Assembly (NCBI GenBank): GCA_000004985.1
Contig: GG739591.1
Direction: 5' to 3' (one strand)
DNA: 1,054 bases
Source: Naegleria gruberi
Taxonomy: Eukaryota
The notes beneath the pieces were generated by a model. It saw only the letters and a list, made by a program, of their open reading frames with translations, searched no databases and had not been told where the DNA came from. The stretch's first letter is position 1; every line of letters starts with the position of its first letter. The translations under genes and the position numbers were made by a program. This document shows positions 1 to 1,054 of this stretch, piece by piece.

Positions 1-973
1 AACTTGACTCGCTCTCAAAACAAAGACGATCGTTCACATAGATCTTGGTGCCATCTACAAATGATTTAATAATGACTACCGTGTAAGTTTGCGATAACAT
101 ATGAATTTCGTTAGGAATAGTTTGGATATATCTATCATTAAATTCAATAGTTTGACCTTCAAAAAATAGCGAAGTTCCTGACATGTAAATGGAGAATGAG
201 GGTCCACTCGTAATATTCATAATTGGATTGTATTCCTTAAACTCTTTAACATTAACCTTAAATGAAACATAAAAATCATTCGAGAACATGTAGAGAGGGG
301 AAATGTTGTCCTTGGTTCTTCCAATGAGACCGCTTCCATTACGGAACGATATTAAACCATCAACAAGCACCAAGTTAACAACAGATATTGTTAAATTACC
401 ACCTAGCTCGTTGAGATTGAAAGAACCGTCAGAGTTTTTCCACAAGTATTCTGAACTCATCTTTAACCTGAATGAATAATTTGGATATTCTGCCTTCAGT
501 GTTGATTGGAATGTTTGCAGTTCTTTAACAAATAATGTGTCAACTCCACTTTGAATATAGTCTGTTGATTTGCAATCGTTCCCGCAACTGTTTGAGTGAA
601 CATATCCAATAATTAATTCGCATGAATCTCCCCCATATACTACACCATCTTGAATGGTGCAATTACACATGTTCGGACCAATACAAGTACCATGTCCTGA
701 ACAAACATTAGGTTCATCGTTGTATATTATTCCAAAACAAGTGTGAGTTTCACATTGAGAATTAGTATGACCAGGAAAACATGAACAAATATCCGTGTCA
801 ACACATATACCATGTCCTGAACAAACATTAACGAGATCTGAACTTGGAATTTCGAAACAAGAGAAATCTTCTGCATCCACAAGACAACATCCAACAATCA
901 CCAACAGCACCAACAACAAATGCACATGCTTTGTATGCTGCGTGTGTATTTTCCTCGAGTATGAAAGACGCAT
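1..973 (-). CDS. Partial CDS (3' end lies beyond the left window edge) for a secreted modular protein: signal peptide, two EGF-like domains, then a LamG/ConA-like domain. The first 324 aa lie in the window.
   Basis: Hand translation of minus-strand frame with codon starts at 973, 970 ... 4. ATG at 973-971 and 324 sense codons to position 2 with no TAA/TAG/TGA. In AT-rich DNA, a stop-free run of this length in a non-coding frame is very unlikely. An in-frame TAA at 979-977 lies two codons upstream of the ATG, so the ORF cannot extend further 5'. The N-terminus has the charged-then-hydrophobic-then-VDA layout of a signal peptide. Two canonical 6-Cys EGF modules follow. The ORF track omits it, presumably because it has no stop in the window. 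Confidence 0.82.
   Translation of the reverse strand, partial: MRLSYSRKIHTQHTKHVHLLLVLLVIVGCCLVDAEDFSCFEIPSSDLVNVCSGHGICVDTDICSCFPGHTNSQCETHTCFGIIYNDEPNVCSGHGTCIGPNMCNCTIQDGVVYGGDSCELIIGYVHSNSCGNDCKSTDYIQSGVDTLFVKELQTFQSTLKAEYPNYSFRLKMSSEYLWKNSDGSFNLNELGGNLTISVVNLVLVDGLISFRNGSGLIGRTKDNISPLYMFSNDFYVSFKVNVKEFKEYNPIMNITSGPSFSIYMSGTSLFFEGQTIEFNDRYIQTIPNEIHMLSQTYTVVIIKSFVDGTKIYVNDRLCFESESS
2..493 (-). other. Laminin-G / concanavalin-A-like lectin-type beta-sandwich domain (aa ~161-324). Tentative, and truncated by the window edge.
   Basis: Low-cysteine region with an SFRLKM segment (compare LamG 'sFeFRT'). About 30 aa later comes NLVLVDGLISFRNGSG, resembling the LamG core '(D)FLaLELvDGrl.f.fdlGSG'. 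Later, TVVIIKSLVDGTKIYVNDRLC ends in a Cys, consistent with the C-terminal LamG disulfide. Six N-x-S/T sequons are present (NYS, NLT, NGS, NIS, NIT, plus NCT in EGF-2). This is an assignment by eye only. Confidence 0.35.
617..739 (-). other. EGF-like domain 2 (aa 79-119).
   Basis: Cys pattern C79-x11-C91-x5-C97-x5-C103-x1-C105-x12-C118-E, with a VVYGGDSCE ending typical of EGF (G-Y-x-G-x-x-C-E). It is about 40 aa downstream of EGF-1 with the same (P/V)NVCSGHG core. Confidence 0.65.
688..710. repeat. Copy 1 of a perfect 23-nt direct repeat (taccatgtcctgaacaaacatta on the + strand).
   Basis: Identical to 808..830. It encodes the NVCSGHG core of EGF-2 on the minus strand. Flanking bases diverge immediately on both sides. 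Confidence 0.9.
749..859 (-). other. EGF-like domain 1 (aa 39-75).
   Basis: Cys pattern C39-x11-C51-x5-C57-x5-C63-x1-C65-x8-C74-E. It has the hallmark CxC...G(aromatic/His)...C-E ending and the CSGHGxC motif seen in tenascin/teneurin-type EGF repeats. Confidence 0.65.
808..830. repeat. Copy 2 of a perfect 23-nt direct repeat (taccatgtcctgaacaaacatta on the + strand).
   Basis: Identical to 688..710. The spacing is exactly 120 nt, which is 40 codons, the EGF module period. It encodes the (x)NVCSGHG core of EGF-1 on the minus strand. Confidence 0.9.
872..973 (-). other. Predicted N-terminal signal peptide (aa 1-34, MRLSYSRKIHTQHTKHVHLLLVLLVIVGCCLVDA), with likely cleavage after VDA.
   Basis: Basic/His-rich n-region (R2, R7, K8, H10, H13, K15, H16, H18). 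A 14-residue hydrophobic core LLLVLLVIVGCCLV. V at -3 and A at -1 before E35-D36. Direct reading of the translation; not run through SignalP. Confidence 0.6.
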
Positions 974-1054
974 TTTTTATGACTGGTACAGTGCGTGTAG
1001 TTGGCTGAGTGTTGTCCAAATATGAAGATATCAAAAACCTTACTACAGTTATTA
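974..1054 (-). promoter_or_regulatory. 5' flank and putative 5'UTR/promoter region of the minus-strand gene.
   Basis: Minus-strand reading gives ...cactgtaccagtcataaaaaATGcgt, an A-rich start context with A at -3. No GGAGG-like Shine-Dalgarno is present. Stops occur in all three minus frames within this 81 nt. No convincing TATA box or -10/-35 pair identified. Confidence 0.25.

Noticed and set aside
161-166. Short homopolymer runs: A6 at 161-166 and T6 at 973-978.
   Set aside because: They are too short to be meaningful and are expected in AT-rich DNA. The T6 run is simply the aaaaaa context preceding the ATG on the minus strand.
2-493. Pentraxin domain as the identity of the C-terminal region.
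   Set aside because: The pentraxin signature H-x-C-x-[ST]-W-x-[ST] is absent. The LamG-like 'LVDG...F..GSG' motif fits better, although both are ConA-like folds.
688-830. The 23-nt direct repeat as a CRISPR or other non-coding tandem repeat.
   Set aside because: There are only two copies, they sit in-frame inside a coding region, and they correspond exactly to the conserved NVCSGHG core of two EGF modules. It is a coding repeat, not a CRISPR array.
1-973. Ciliate (alternative genetic code) origin, given the AT-richness.
   Set aside because: There are no in-frame TAA/TAG codons across 324 codons. Every Gln is encoded by CAA or CAG, so there is no evidence for stop-codon reassignment.
795-1025. 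Track ORF on + strand, 76 aa (MSTHIPCPEQTLTRSELGISKQEKSSAS...).
   Set aside because: It lies antisense to the signal-peptide and EGF-1 coding region of the much longer minus-strand gene. It has no recognisable domain, and its cysteine richness simply mirrors the sense strand's codons. Most likely a shadow ORF.
828-1034. Track ORF on - strand, 68 aa, starting at a TTG (MISSYLDNTQPTTRTVPVIKN...).
   Set aside because: It is on the same strand as the real gene but in a different frame, starts at a non-ATG codon, and ends at a TAA that is out of frame with the 324-codon ORF. It overlaps the true ATG at 973. Most likely a frame-shadow artefact.
1036-1040. GTAAG on the minus strand upstream of the ATG, as a baculovirus-type late promoter.
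   Set aside because: It is a 5-nt motif, expected by chance in AT-rich sequence, and nothing else in the window supports a viral context.

Overview
The window is dominated by one long open reading frame on the minus strand, frame starting at 973. It runs from an ATG at 973-971 to the left edge of the window with no stop codon. This 324-codon ORF is missing from the supplied ORF track, presumably because it has no stop inside the window. I translated it by hand: MRLSYSRKIHTQHTKHVHLLLVLLVIVGCCLVDAEDFSCFEIPSSDLVNVCSGHGICVDTDICSCFPGHTNSQCETHTCFGIIYNDEPNVCSGHGTCIGPNMCNCTIQDGVVYGGDSCELIIGYVHSNSCGNDCKSTDYIQSGVDTLFVKELQTFQSTLKAEYPNYSFRLKMSSEYLWKNSDGSFNLNELGGNLTISVVNLVLVDGLISFRNGSGLIGRTKDNISPLYMFSNDFYVSFKVNVKEFKEYNPIMNITSGPSFSIYMSGTSLFFEGQTIEFNDRYIQTIPNEIHMLSQTYTVVIIKSLVDGTKIYVNDRLCFESESS. 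The architecture is a cleavable signal peptide, two tandem six-cysteine EGF-like modules, a short linker containing two cysteines, and a large low-cysteine region. That last region carries laminin-G / concanavalin-A-like sequence motifs and six N-x-S/T sequons, and it continues past the window edge. The DNA is AT-rich and there is no Shine-Dalgarno element upstream of the ATG. The start context is A-rich (aaaaaATGc) and an in-frame TAA sits two codons upstream. Together with the canonical EGF modules, this points to a eukaryotic or eukaryote-virus-type secreted glycoprotein gene rather than a typical bacterial gene. The two ORFs in the supplied track (795..1025 + and 828..1034 -) overlap this gene's 5' end in other frames and are most likely shadow ORFs. 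I see no RNA genes, mobile elements or CRISPR arrays. The product name and the source organism cannot be settled without database searches.
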